Source of the DNA: a virus
Lineage: Duplodnaviria; Caudoviricetes
Direction: 5' to 3' (one strand)
IMG/VR virus record: IMGVR_UViG_3300022183_000045
Location: 1 to 28,861 of that record
Length of the DNA: 28,861 nucleotides
In this document: positions 15,798 through 24,851 of the stretch, one piece after another
Position numbering within the stretch: the first letter of the stretch is position 1
Layout: every line of letters starts with the position of its first letter
Program-made: the position numbers and the translations under genes
The notes under the pieces: model-generated
Databases searched by the model: none
Told to the model about the DNA's origin: nothing
The model's input: the letters and a program-made list of their open reading frames with translations, nothing else

Positions 15798-18700
15798 TCA
15801 TCTAATCCCTAGAAGGGTACGAATTGACTGGCTCCATTCACGCTCAGCTTCAGGAGTCCAGGGTAGGTGATGGGGCATTGGGATGTCCAGTGCCTGGTCT
15901 GAGTAGTGGTAGCTGTCGGGAGCGTGCTCACCATCGTTCAGGCTACCAACCTTGATGCCGTTAGATTCCAGCAGCTCAACTGCTGCATCACGCTGTGCTT
16001 TGGTAGCAAACGCGAGGTGCTCGTGGTAGTTGCTGCCACCGTGATCGGTACGGAAACCACCGTGAGAACGGTCACCAGTCAAATACTCAATAACTTGGAA
16101 ATTCTGCTTGCTACCAGTGACTTGGTGGTCATGTGGGTCAGCAGTTTTACCAGTTCTTTTCAAATAGTCATTGACAACCTTGCGTGCCTTGGCCATGTGG
16201 CGCTTGTAGGAACCATTAGTGTAGGCTCCCCAGGCACCGAGGCCTTGACTATCCATGATCATCTTGGCAGCCCGGACATTGTTGCCCAGGTCGAAGAGAT
16301 CCTCGTTGCTGCGGAGACCAAACTCTCGAAGACGTTGTGGCCCCATACCACCGATCATGTTGATCTGGAAGGCACCATAGCTGAGGTCACCAGTGTCTGG
16401 GTTATCGTTGAGGGCACGTGGGCTACCCATACCTTCACCCATAGCGATGGCCAGCATAGTCACCAGCTTGTCACTAGGCACACCTGCGGCAACCATCTGC
16501 TGTAGTACGTGCTGAGGGTTGGTAGGATCGACAGCTGCACTGGTAGCACCCATCTCGATGTCCTGAGGATCAGGTCCCGCTTGAAGCCGTTGAAGGTCAC
16601 GAATAGCTGCGTTCTTCTGGGCTGTGGTTGCGTTACGAGACTTCAGTACATTCCAGGTTGTGGGGGCTTGCTGCTTAATGATCTGAGCCAGACGTGCGTA
16701 CTTGTCTGCAGCTGTAGCATAGTTGCTGAGCTTATCGAAGTGAGTCTCAGCAGCCTTCACGAACATCTGAGCACTGCTATGGTTCATGCCCATAGAGCGA
16801 GCCCAGATGGCTGCGGTACCATAGCTGTACTCAGGGGTATCAGATCCAGGTGGCACCCACTTGAAGCTGCCAGAGTCACCGAGTAGGCGGATCTGTGCAC
16901 GGATGATGCTGGGTACTGTACGACCTGTAGCGTCAGCCACAGCGAGAACTGAGGCGGGGACGTAGTTGGGCTCCGTCTCCATCCGGTTGATCTCTGCTGC
17001 TGCTTGAGCACCACTCTCGAAGACAGCGATACTGTCCACGTCACCGGGCTTGATGCCCATCTTCTGCATCTGCTGTGAACTCAGGTCACCCACATAGTCA
17101 GCGTTATCCAGCTCAGGGATCCTACGCTGCTTGGCTGTGATCTGATTCCACTCCAGCTCTGTCTTGTCCTGCGAGCGCAGGCCATTAGCTGAACCAGCAA
17201 CACCACCCAGGAGGTAACGCTTAGGAGCTTCACCCTGTAGGTTGTTCTTGGCCCAGTTGCTGAAGATGTTGGGGATGTCAGCTGCATCCTCGGTGATATC
17301 AATGTTGGGGTCAGAGTTTAGGTAGTTGATGAAGTCACGCATGACCGCAGACTTAGCCTGCTTGAGGCGATCGTCTGGGTTGATGAAGCTACCATTCTGC
17401 ACCTCTGGTGTGAGGACACGTTCGATCTCCAGATCAATGTTCTGGAACACGACACCGTGCTTCTCCTTGACAGCATCAGCGAAGTCAGAGTACTTCAGCA
17501 GTTGAGCACGCTGATCCTCTGGGATGTTGGCATCCTCGAGTAGCTGAGTTGCATACTCTGCTGCATCCATTGGATCCATAAGCTCCAGCTTACCCTTGAG
17601 CTCCTTGAAGCGGTTCTGGGATACCGTTGGGTTGTACAGTCTGGCCAGCATCTTGCTGCGCATAACAGCATTCTCTGGGCCAGGGAACATCATCTCCACT
17701 TCATCACGAGCAGCAGCCAGGCGATCCTGGGACTCCTCGTATGTCATGTCACCGTTGATGATATCAGCGATGACACTATCTGTGAACTGGATAGCTGTAC
17801 TGTCCTTCTGCTCCAGGTAGGTCTTGTGAGCCTTCTCCTCGTAGTCAGCCAGCTTGGCATCCAGGTACATCAGGGGACCAGCCTGGCCCTGGAACAGGGT
17901 GCGCAGATCTTCCTCGAGTGCTGTAGCTTTATCAAGCTGGTCAAAGGGGGTAGCCAGGATCTTGGAGACACCGAGCTTGGCCAGCTGCATACCTGCTTCA
18001 TTCAGGTCACCGCCACGTGAGGCGGCCATCTGACGCAGCTGCAGGCCCAGCTCACCGACACGCTCAGTAGGCATCATACCCTCGAGAGAGTCAAACGCAC
18101 TGTAGGCATCGTTGTCTGCCTTGTTCTCCAGCTGTGTCTTGTACTGCTGGGTACGCTCCTGTGTACCACGAGCACGGATACCCATGTCAGCAGCATTAGC
18201 TTGACGATGGAAGTACTTGTGGATGACAGCAGGGTTGATAGCTACAAGACCCTTCTCCTTGAAAAAGTCACGGCGAGCCTCTCGTAGGGCATCAGCTTCG
18301 ACGAGTGCCGGGTCAGCACCAGCTGGCATATTAGCCAGTGCTTCCACAACTTTACGGTTAGCGTAATCCGGATAGTCAGATGCGGCTGCTTGTGCGAGCC
18401 CCTCTTGGACCCCGTATAGGTAGAACTTGTTGCTGTTACGGATGTGGTTAGCATCGTTCTGTAGTCCTGACTTCTCGAACGCATCAGCCGTAGCCATGGT
18501 GCGCTCCATGCCAGAGACCTTGGCACTGTTGATGGCACCCATATTGTCCAGCACATGCTGGAACTTAGTGGGGTCCGCCTGTGCGGCCATCATTGCTTCA
18601 ACTTGGATGTTGTAGTTCTCCTCGTTGATGCGGTTGGCCTCGGCCTCCCAAAGGGATTTGCTGAAGCTCAGTGCAGTCTTACCCAGTTCAGTTACAGCAC

Positions 18701-19082
18701 GAACATCGTCCTGCTGCATCTGCATCTGCATACGACCAACTTGGTCTTTGTTCTGCAGTTCAGCATTGGCGTTGGTGACTCGCTGCTGGTTAAGGTTGCG
18801 GAGGTTGTCAAGCTTAGCCTGTCCCCGTTGATCCTTGATCTTGTTCTTCCACTCAGCTGCGCGAGCCTGCTGCTCGAACATCAGCTGTTGGTTCGCCATT
18901 GTCTGGCGTTGGTTCTCAAGTAGATTCTGATCCTTGAGTTGGTTGTTCTGGTTTACCTGCTGCTGAATCGCTGCAGCATTCTCTTGATAGTTGGAGTAGA
19001 TCTTATTGACCGCTCCAGACATATCTACGGCACGACCTTGGACGCCACCGCGCTTAGCCTGCCGACCTCTGTAGTTTGCCAT
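15798..19082 (-). CDS. gp15: Internal virion protein C, gp15-like, with C-terminal lytic transglycosylase and Zn-peptidase-like domains
   Basis: 1094 aa, syntenic, Q-rich coiled-coil N-terminus. SLT motifs AIAMGE, SYGAFQINM, LFD...NVRAA, AWGAY. SYH..QALD and YHEH motifs lie at the end. Confidence 0.8.
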   Translation of the reverse strand: MANYRGRQAKRGGVQGRAVDMSGAVNKIYSNYQENAAAIQQQVNQNNQLKDQNLLENQRQTMANQQLMFEQQARAAEWKNKIKDQRGQAKLDNLRNLNQQRVTNANAELQNKDQVGRMQMQMQQDDVRAVTELGKTALSFSKSLWEAEANRINEENYNIQVEAMMAAQADPTKFQHVLDNMGAINSAKVSGMERTMATADAFEKSGLQNDANHIRNSNKFYLYGVQEGLAQAAASDYPDYANRKVVEALANMPAGADPALVEADALREARRDFFKEKGLVAINPAVIHKYFHRQANAADMGIRARGTQERTQQYKTQLENKADNDAYSAFDSLEGMMPTERVGELGLQLRQMAASRGGDLNEAGMQLAKLGVSKILATPFDQLDKATALEEDLRTLFQGQAGPLMYLDAKLADYEEKAHKTYLEQKDSTAIQFTDSVIADIINGDMTYEESQDRLAAARDEVEMMFPGPENAVMRSKMLARLYNPTVSQNRFKELKGKLELMDPMDAAEYATQLLEDANIPEDQRAQLLKYSDFADAVKEKHGVVFQNIDLEIERVLTPEVQNGSFINPDDRLKQAKSAVMRDFINYLNSDPNIDITEDAADIPNIFSNWAKNNLQGEAPKRYLLGGVAGSANGLRSQDKTELEWNQITAKQRRIPELDNADYVGDLSSQQMQKMGIKPGDVDSIAVFESGAQAAAEINRMETEPNYVPASVLAVADATGRTVPSIIRAQIRLLGDSGSFKWVPPGSDTPEYSYGTAAIWARSMGMNHSSAQMFVKAAETHFDKLSNYATAADKYARLAQIIKQQAPTTWNVLKSRNATTAQKNAAIRDLQRLQAGPDPQDIEMGATSAAVDPTNPQHVLQQMVAAGVPSDKLVTMLAIAMGEGMGSPRALNDNPDTGDLSYGAFQINMIGGMGPQRLREFGLRSNEDLFDLGNNVRAAKMIMDSQGLGAWGAYTNGSYKRHMAKARKVVNDYLKRTGKTADPHDHQVTGSKQNFQVIEYLTGDRSHGGFRTDHGGSNYHEHLAFATKAQRDAAVELLESNGIKVGSLNDGEHAPDSYHYSDQALDIPMPHHLPWTPEAEREWSQSIRTLLGIR

Positions 19083-20054
19083 TTAGCCTCCAGGTCCTTT
19101 GATCATTGCGTTGGCTTGCATTCCAGTCTGGATGCCACCGAGTACTGCACCACCAAGGCCTGCTGCCAGACCCAGACCACTGGGGCCAGGGGCATCAATG
19201 GGCTTGCTCTGCCATGCTGTCTTACCCATAGGTGGCAGCTTAGTCTGCAGAGGCGTTAGGATTGGGGCATCAGGGAAGGGGCTGTAGATAGGAGCTTGCG
19301 GAGAGGGGCCTAGGATCGGCTTCATGGGCATTGGAGTCAGTTGGCTGAGTGCCTGTGCTTCCTGTGCTCCACGCTCAATGAAGGCGTTTGTAGCCTGCGT
19401 ATAGTAGTCCTCTGTAGCTGCCTCCAGGTTGGCGTTCAGCATCGCTGCTTCACGTCCATAGGTTGCAAGGGTATCCATCTCCAGGATGCCAATGCTGTTA
19501 CCCTGTTGACCCCGTGCTAGCACAGCACCTTGGGCTTTCAGGGTGGTACCCATCAGCTTCTCACCCTCGAAGGCAGCACGGCGTGCTTCATCTTCCAGGG
19601 CAGACTGGGAGTCCAGCAGCTTACCGCTGAGACCCATGTCCATGAACTTCTTCTGGAGAGAGAAGGCGTCACGCTGTAGGTGGTAGGTTGCCAGGTCGTT
19701 GCTGTACTTACTGGCTTGCTGTAGGTTGTTGAAGTTGGATTGGACAACAGCCTGGTAGAATGCCTGGCTCTGTCTGATATTACTAAAGTTGACTTGTTGC
19801 GTCTGCATCAGCGATTGCTGAACCATACGCTTGTTGTCCAGAGTGATCGCCCGATTGTTCGAGCGCATCTGGAACTGCATCTGTTGCAGCTGCAGCTGGT
19901 TGGCATTGATCTGAGCTTGGCTCTGATTCATCCATTGCTGGCGGGCCATCGCATTCTGATGGGCCACCGCGTTGGATTGTGCTTGGTACTGGCCAATAGC
20001 GCCAATACCGCCAACAACAGCAGATGCAACGCCTAGTGCTACTGGTGCGCACAT
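19083..20054 (-). CDS. gp14: Internal virion protein B, gp14-like
   Basis: MCAPVALGVASAVVGG..GQYQ N-terminus, A.G..GNS motif, PGPSGLGLAAGLGG hydrophobic C-terminus, and synteny. Confidence 0.8.
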   Translation of the reverse strand: MCAPVALGVASAVVGGIGAIGQYQAQSNAVAHQNAMARQQWMNQSQAQINANQLQLQQMQFQMRSNNRAITLDNKRMVQQSLMQTQQVNFSNIRQSQAFYQAVVQSNFNNLQQASKYSNDLATYHLQRDAFSLQKKFMDMGLSGKLLDSQSALEDEARRAAFEGEKLMGTTLKAQGAVLARGQQGNSIGILEMDTLATYGREAAMLNANLEAATEDYYTQATNAFIERGAQEAQALSQLTPMPMKPILGPSPQAPIYSPFPDAPILTPLQTKLPPMGKTAWQSKPIDAPGPSGLGLAAGLGGAVLGGIQTGMQANAMIKGPGG

Positions 20055-20527
20055 AGCTTTGCGAACTCCACGAAGGTTACATTTGAGGGTGCTTTGAAAC
20101 AGGCTAGCTTCTTGAACCCTAGCAAATGCAGGAGCTTCAGGTGCAGCTTGTTTCTGGTGTCTGCTGCGTTGTGCAGCATAACGTATGGTAGAGCATTGAG
20201 ATACTCTTTTGCGGTGCGTAGGAAAGGTCTGGGGTTCTCCCCCTTTAAGGCCTCTAGGGTCAGCATCCAGATCCGCCCGATGCCATCCCCTTCAGGGATC
20301 ACACCACCGAAGCCTAGGAGCGTCCCTGAGGGGGTTTCAAAGGCCACTGGGTTAGGTGTTACCCCAACCGATAGAACGAGCCCTCTAGCGGGGTCTAGGC
20401 CGCTTGCAATGAGTTCGTTCTTATCTTCAAGGGTGAGTAAAGGGGAGGCCAGTTCGGCCTCCGCTAGGTCAGTGGGACGGACAATCAGCTTAGAACGACT
20501 TGATGCCTCGGTTGGAGTAGATGCCAT
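20039..20527 (-). CDS. gp13: gp13-like internal virion protein A (GNAT-like fold)
   Basis: L..EDKNE..ASG, GGV....GRIWML, LHN..D.RN..HLKLL..LGFK and FVEF motifs, downstream of tail tubular B. Confidence 0.85.
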   Translation of the reverse strand: MASTPTEASSRSKLIVRPTDLAEAELASPLLTLEDKNELIASGLDPARGLVLSVGVTPNPVAFETPSGTLLGFGGVIPEGDGIGRIWMLTLEALKGENPRPFLRTAKEYLNALPYVMLHNAADTRNKLHLKLLHLLGFKKLACFKAPSNVTFVEFAKLCAHQ

Positions 20528-23159
20528 ACCAGGTTGCTGCTACGAATGAAACGGGGAATGGGGTGTTAGTCCAGAGGCTTACTGAGACATCAGTACCCTT
20601 ACCCATAACTGGTACAGTGTTTAGCTGTACCTCGGGTAGTGGTGCTGTGTTCAGATCATAGTTATTTGAGATTACCTGTGGTATCTCTACTGATTTAGTG
20701 ACTCTACCAACGTTTGTGATATCTGCTGTGTAGGGACCAGAGTCTGTTGACTCGATCTCCAAGCGGGTTACACGGGGAATGTTCACCGTATCTGAACGCA
20801 CTGTACCGGGCTGTGGGGTTTGCTTAACATAGAAGCGGGGAAGCGTAATTCTAGACTCGAACTGATACCCGATCGTGATTGCTTCAGCGCCGGAGAAATC
20901 TCCAGGCACTGTAACGTAGTCGCCGGTACCGTCGGTCTGAACGTCAGCATCAGTAAAATAGAAAACTCTGCCACGGTCGTTATCGTCAACGTCAATCACC
21001 ACGACAGGATCTAGTCCTTGGACGTGGGGGATACGTAAGTAAACCTTTGTCTCGTCTTCAGGGATACCATAGACAGTACTGATCTGGGTATCCAGGAAGT
21101 CAAGTCTGTAGTTCCATGGTGCACCTAAACTGTTGGTTGCAGTACCAGAAACATCAGAGTCTAGTGCCACTACACTAGCTGTATAGGTAGAGTCACACTT
21201 TGTCACCACATGCAGGTCAGAGTGGTGGAAGAAGAAGTGCTCAACTTGACATGGCATGTCCCAGGTAAACCAGGATGCCAGTACCCTGTTACCCCCGTTT
21301 GAGAAGTACTTGAACAAGTACATCTTCGTAGGATCAGACTCGCTAAGGAAGATGATCAAGTGGGCATCAGGGGAACAATCGACCAAGCGGAGGTCAGAGG
21401 GGATTAGGTTGGGGTTGGTCTTACTAAGGTCAGCAGTCTGAGGCTTACGGTTAGCGGAAGGGATACTCATCTCAGTGATAAGAGAGTAGCTCTGGTTCAG
21501 ATCACAGAAGACAATGGATTCCCCTGTATCCACTGGCTCAATGTTTGGGTTAGTGCTGAAGGTACTATACCGCTTGACTGTCGCCGAGCTAGCACTAAAA
21601 GTCTCAGCACCTGTCTCCACGTTCAGAATGAACTGGGCGTGCTCGGAGAAGATGATCAGACCACCTTGGTCAGGAATAGCGTACTTCAGTTTCACAGGCC
21701 GTAGAGAACCACAGGCCAGGTCCACTGCGTCAGCATCTGTTGCTACCAGTGCAGAGTTCCTGAAGAAATTGAAGAAACTACCAGGCTGTGAGGCTAGTAC
21801 ATTACCCTCTGACAATAGAATCAAACGATTTTTGTAGAAAGTAACACCGGAGATTGTGTACCCATTGAAGCTGGGCCAGGGGTTGGTCTCCAGGTCACCG
21901 ACACGGCGCTCAACCCAGTAGAGATCTTCGTCAGTTTTTTCAGCTTCGTTCAGAGATCTGAAGGTGAAGGTGTCATTGGCTTCATGGATCACCACGTGTG
22001 GCATGGTGTCAGGATCCAGGTAGACAAACTCTCCTGGCTTGACAGTCTCTTCCCACACGCCAGCGCCATACTGCTCATCACCGTCCACCACGAACTTGAC
22101 GTAGTAATCGTCAACGATGTCGCCCTCTAGGTTTGCCACCTTGAAGACAAAGCCATCTTCGCAGCGGACAGGGAGACGCGACACGTTAGGTACTGAGCCC
22201 TTGTAGGCCGTGATAGCTGAGCCAGAGATTCCACCGTCAGCATCAACAGTGAAATCACGGATGTCTGTACCAACAGTAGCTACATCAATGGTGAAGCCAG
22301 AGCCAGTACCACCGATCTCAGATGCTGCGATTGTCAGTAAAGTGTCAGTGTTGGCGTAACCATAGCCCCCATCAACAACTGTTACAGCAGTTACAGCACC
22401 ACCAGATACTGTGATGTTTACTTTGTTAAGGGATCCTGAACCTCCAGTTAGCACTACGTCGTTGTAGGTACCGTCTGTGTAGGCTGAGCCGCCTACTAGA
22501 TTGGTGAAGGTTAGGATGTCCCCAGCCTTGGGACGTAGGGTGAATCCGTTACCCACAGCTGCGCCAGTCCAGCCAGCCGGTAGCGCGTTCAGGATGCCAG
22601 TGATGGTCCCTTGGATCGAGATGTTACCCGTTGTAGGGGTGCTATAGGTGTATGCGTTGTTGTTGATGTAAACGTTGTACTTGGTATCATACCCCACACC
22701 GTTCACTTGAACGAAGGCTTCAGGGCTGCGTACAGGGGATGTAGTAGTGAGGGTACCAACCACCTTAGTACGATTCAGTACGAAGTTGTAATCATTAACC
22801 TGCAAGACATCAAAGTCTTTACGTGTGACTCCAGCGATGTAAGATTGGGCTGAAGCGGCTATAGCGTTAACAGTCTTTTCAACTCCAGTCTGGGCATCCC
22901 ACACCCTTAGATTTCCTGAGGCGTCAAACTGCCCAAAGAACTTCTCATTTGTGGTCTCCACAATGTGGAACCAGACTCCAGTGGATGAAGCATTCACTAG
23001 CTCATCTACAAGCTGAAGTCCTGGTCTACGCTTGAGTCCAAAGGTGATGTCAGGTAGGAAGTTGCTGCAGTATATGGCCTGGCCAGGCTGCTTGAGTGAG
23101 TCGGGTTGTTGACTAAGGCCACCTAGAAACGATGGTATCCTTTGAGCAATTGCTCCCAT
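20490..23159 (-). CDS. gp12: Tail tubular protein B (nozzle)
   Basis: Q.IPSFLGGLSQQPD, GLKRRPG, W..RRVGDLETNPWPSF, F(Y)KNRL, FFNFF and ASWFTW motifs. Confidence 0.96.
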   Translation of the reverse strand: MGAIAQRIPSFLGGLSQQPDSLKQPGQAIYCSNFLPDITFGLKRRPGLQLVDELVNASSTGVWFHIVETTNEKFFGQFDASGNLRVWDAQTGVEKTVNAIAASAQSYIAGVTRKDFDVLQVNDYNFVLNRTKVVGTLTTTSPVRSPEAFVQVNGVGYDTKYNVYINNNAYTYSTPTTGNISIQGTITGILNALPAGWTGAAVGNGFTLRPKAGDILTFTNLVGGSAYTDGTYNDVVLTGGSGSLNKVNITVSGGAVTAVTVVDGGYGYANTDTLLTIAASEIGGTGSGFTIDVATVGTDIRDFTVDADGGISGSAITAYKGSVPNVSRLPVRCEDGFVFKVANLEGDIVDDYYVKFVVDGDEQYGAGVWEETVKPGEFVYLDPDTMPHVVIHEANDTFTFRSLNEAEKTDEDLYWVERRVGDLETNPWPSFNGYTISGVTFYKNRLILLSEGNVLASQPGSFFNFFRNSALVATDADAVDLACGSLRPVKLKYAIPDQGGLIIFSEHAQFILNVETGAETFSASSATVKRYSTFSTNPNIEPVDTGESIVFCDLNQSYSLITEMSIPSANRKPQTADLSKTNPNLIPSDLRLVDCSPDAHLIIFLSESDPTKMYLFKYFSNGGNRVLASWFTWDMPCQVEHFFFHHSDLHVVTKCDSTYTASVVALDSDVSGTATNSLGAPWNYRLDFLDTQISTVYGIPEDETKVYLRIPHVQGLDPVVVIDVDDNDRGRVFYFTDADVQTDGTGDYVTVPGDFSGAEAITIGYQFESRITLPRFYVKQTPQPGTVRSDTVNIPRVTRLEIESTDSGPYTADITNVGRVTKSVEIPQVISNNYDLNTAPLPEVQLNTVPVMGKGTDVSVSLWTNTPFPVSFVAATWYGIYSNRGIKSF

Positions 23160-23161
23160 TA

Positions 23162-23758
23162 TTACCTCCTAAGTGTTTGATAAGGCATGTAGGTGTAGAT
23201 AGGATTCTGACCATCCCTGGTTCCGAATACATTCGGGTTGGAGGTGCGGGTATCGTACTCGATGCAGGCAGCACGTAGTAGCTGCTCATCCTGCACGATC
23301 AGCTCATAGGTTTCCTTGGACCCAACGAATCTTGCTTGGAAGTTCCGCCCAGCACGGGCTGTTACGTACTCCTTGAAAGCCTGGGGTAGGTCCTCGAATT
23401 CAGTGGACCACACAACATCGCATTTCACTTGCTCGGTGAATACATATGTATGATCCTTCTTGTCATACATCTTACCGTCACGGACCACCAGCTGATAGTC
23501 GTTTGTATGTTCTTCTAGGTTGGCCTCGAAGTACAGTAGGTTTGATGGAATAGAAATCTCACCTGTAACCGAGTCTGGATTGAACGGATACTTCTGCTCT
23601 GAGTTGAAGTCCCAGCCTTCAGACAGGACACTACGTGTCACTTCATCCAAGATGGATACTGCGCTGTAGATCTCTGGGTTGTCGTTATCAATAGTGTTTA
23701 CTGCTGACGAACCGATGTAAGACAACATCTGATTGACAGCATCAAGCTTGGTTGTCAT
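23162..23758 (-). CDS. gp11: Tail tubular protein A (198 aa; true start ATG at 23758)
   Basis: TKLDAVNQMLSYIG, VLSEGWDFNSE, FEDLPQAFKEYVTARA. The upstream extension in the track crosses the capsid terminator. Confidence 0.95.
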   Translation of the reverse strand: MTTKLDAVNQMLSYIGSSAVNTIDNDNPEIYSAVSILDEVTRSVLSEGWDFNSEQKYPFNPDSVTGEISIPSNLLYFEANLEEHTNDYQLVVRDGKMYDKKDHTYVFTEQVKCDVVWSTEFEDLPQAFKEYVTARAGRNFQARFVGSKETYELIVQDEQLLRAACIEYDTRTSNPNVFGTRDGQNPIYTYMPYQTLRR

Positions 23759-23795
23759 GTGCTTATGTAGGTATGGCCCGGTCTGGGGCCAAGAT

Positions 23796-23827
23796 AAAAA
23801 AAAGGGGGCAGCCGAAGCCACCCCCTT
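23796..23827 (-). terminator. T-phi-like intrinsic terminator after the capsid gene
   Basis: Minus strand GGGGGTGGC-TTCG-GCTGCCCCC followed by T8, a few nt after the capsid stop. Confidence 0.93.
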
Positions 23828-23831
23828 AGGA

Positions 23832-24851
23832 TCAGGCCAGGTTACGCAGAGCGCCTGCAACGGACACGCGGACAGAGCCGCAACCCATTGCAAGACGACC
23901 CACGATCATGGAGCCTTGGTATTGAACGTTGAAGTCACCGCTGGTGGTCTGCACGCTGGGGCCGATGGCCTCGACGGTAGCAGCAGCATCACGGTGGAAG
24001 ATCAGGCCACAGCTGTTGGTGAAGTCACCGTCTGTGGGCTGGTCGCCGTAGTCGTTCTTCTCGTTGGTAGAATCACGTGCTTCAATGGCATCGCCAGTCG
24101 AAGTACCGTACTTACCGAGGAACGGAATGTTGTTGGACTTGTAGATCTTGATACCGGCGATCTCGTACAGACCCTCACCGGAGTTCAGAGAACCCTGGGT
24201 GGATGTACCGATGTCACGGTTCAGGATGTTGGTGTCCACGCTGGAGATCAGGCTGTAGTACTGACGCGGGGACAGTACGCAAACGCGACCTTCCTGGGGA
24301 GCAGAGCGCTCGTCAAGCACAGCAGCAGCTTCGAAGAAGCCGTCCACAATTGCCTGTGCGTTGTACTCGTTACCAACACCGATGTTGACCTGGAAGCCAC
24401 CGGGCTCACCAGTCACAGCAGCGGACTCGGCAGAAGCGAGATCGAGGGTGCGGAACACGCGACGATCGTAGTGCTGAGCCAGTTGGTAACCGATCTGACG
24501 GCTGATAGGGCCACGCAGATCGTAGTGGGAGAGGACTTCTTCCAGGTCATACAGGAAGGCGCTGGACACCAGGAGCTGGTCCATGGTGACCGTGGTCTCT
24601 GCCACTTTGGGCTCACCAGCAGTACCCAGAATGGGGGTACCAGGTGTGTGGTAGCCAGTGCTCATCGCACCGGTGTGAATGAACTGAGCCTCCTTCTGAC
24701 CGCGCAGGGTGCGGTTCATCACCAGACCCTTGGAGATCAGGTTGTTGCGGAAGGACTCATATACTTCTCCGCTGAACAGCTTCAGGAATAGAGCGCGGTT
24801 ATCACCGGCGCCATTTACCTGGCCGGGAGACGTGATGTTGACGTTAGTCAT
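23832..24851 (-). CDS. gp10: Major capsid protein (T7 gp10A-like)
   Basis: RALFLKLFSGEV, YHTPGTPILG, DLEEVLSHYDLR..ISRQIG..LA..YDR, IYKSNNIP, IVGRLAMG. Confidence 0.97.
   Translation of the reverse strand: MTNVNITSPGQVNGAGDNRALFLKLFSGEVYESFRNNLISKGLVMNRTLRGQKEAQFIHTGAMSTGYHTPGTPILGTAGEPKVAETTVTMDQLLVSSAFLYDLEEVLSHYDLRGPISRQIGYQLAQHYDRRVFRTLDLASAESAAVTGEPGGFQVNIGVGNEYNAQAIVDGFFEAAAVLDERSAPQEGRVCVLSPRQYYSLISSVDTNILNRDIGTSTQGSLNSGEGLYEIAGIKIYKSNNIPFLGKYGTSTGDAIEARDSTNEKNDYGDQPTDGDFTNSCGLIFHRDAAATVEAIGPSVQTTSGDFNVQYQGSMIVGRLAMGCGSVRVSVAGALRNLA

Noticed and set aside
23759-23893. gp11 frame open back into the capsid 3' end, suggesting a capsid-tail tube frameshift fusion or a 10B-like product
   Set aside because: It would need a +1 shift at GCC-TGA, which is not a recognised slippery site, and it crosses a strong terminator. 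The -1 frame has TAA just before the capsid stop and closes again at the gp11 start. An open stretch this short is likely by chance.
23733-24791. 352-aa plus-strand ORF antisense to the capsid gene, and many other plus-strand ORFs
   Set aside because: These are shadow ORFs from biased codon usage on the coding strand. They have no motifs, and T7-like phages transcribe one strand.
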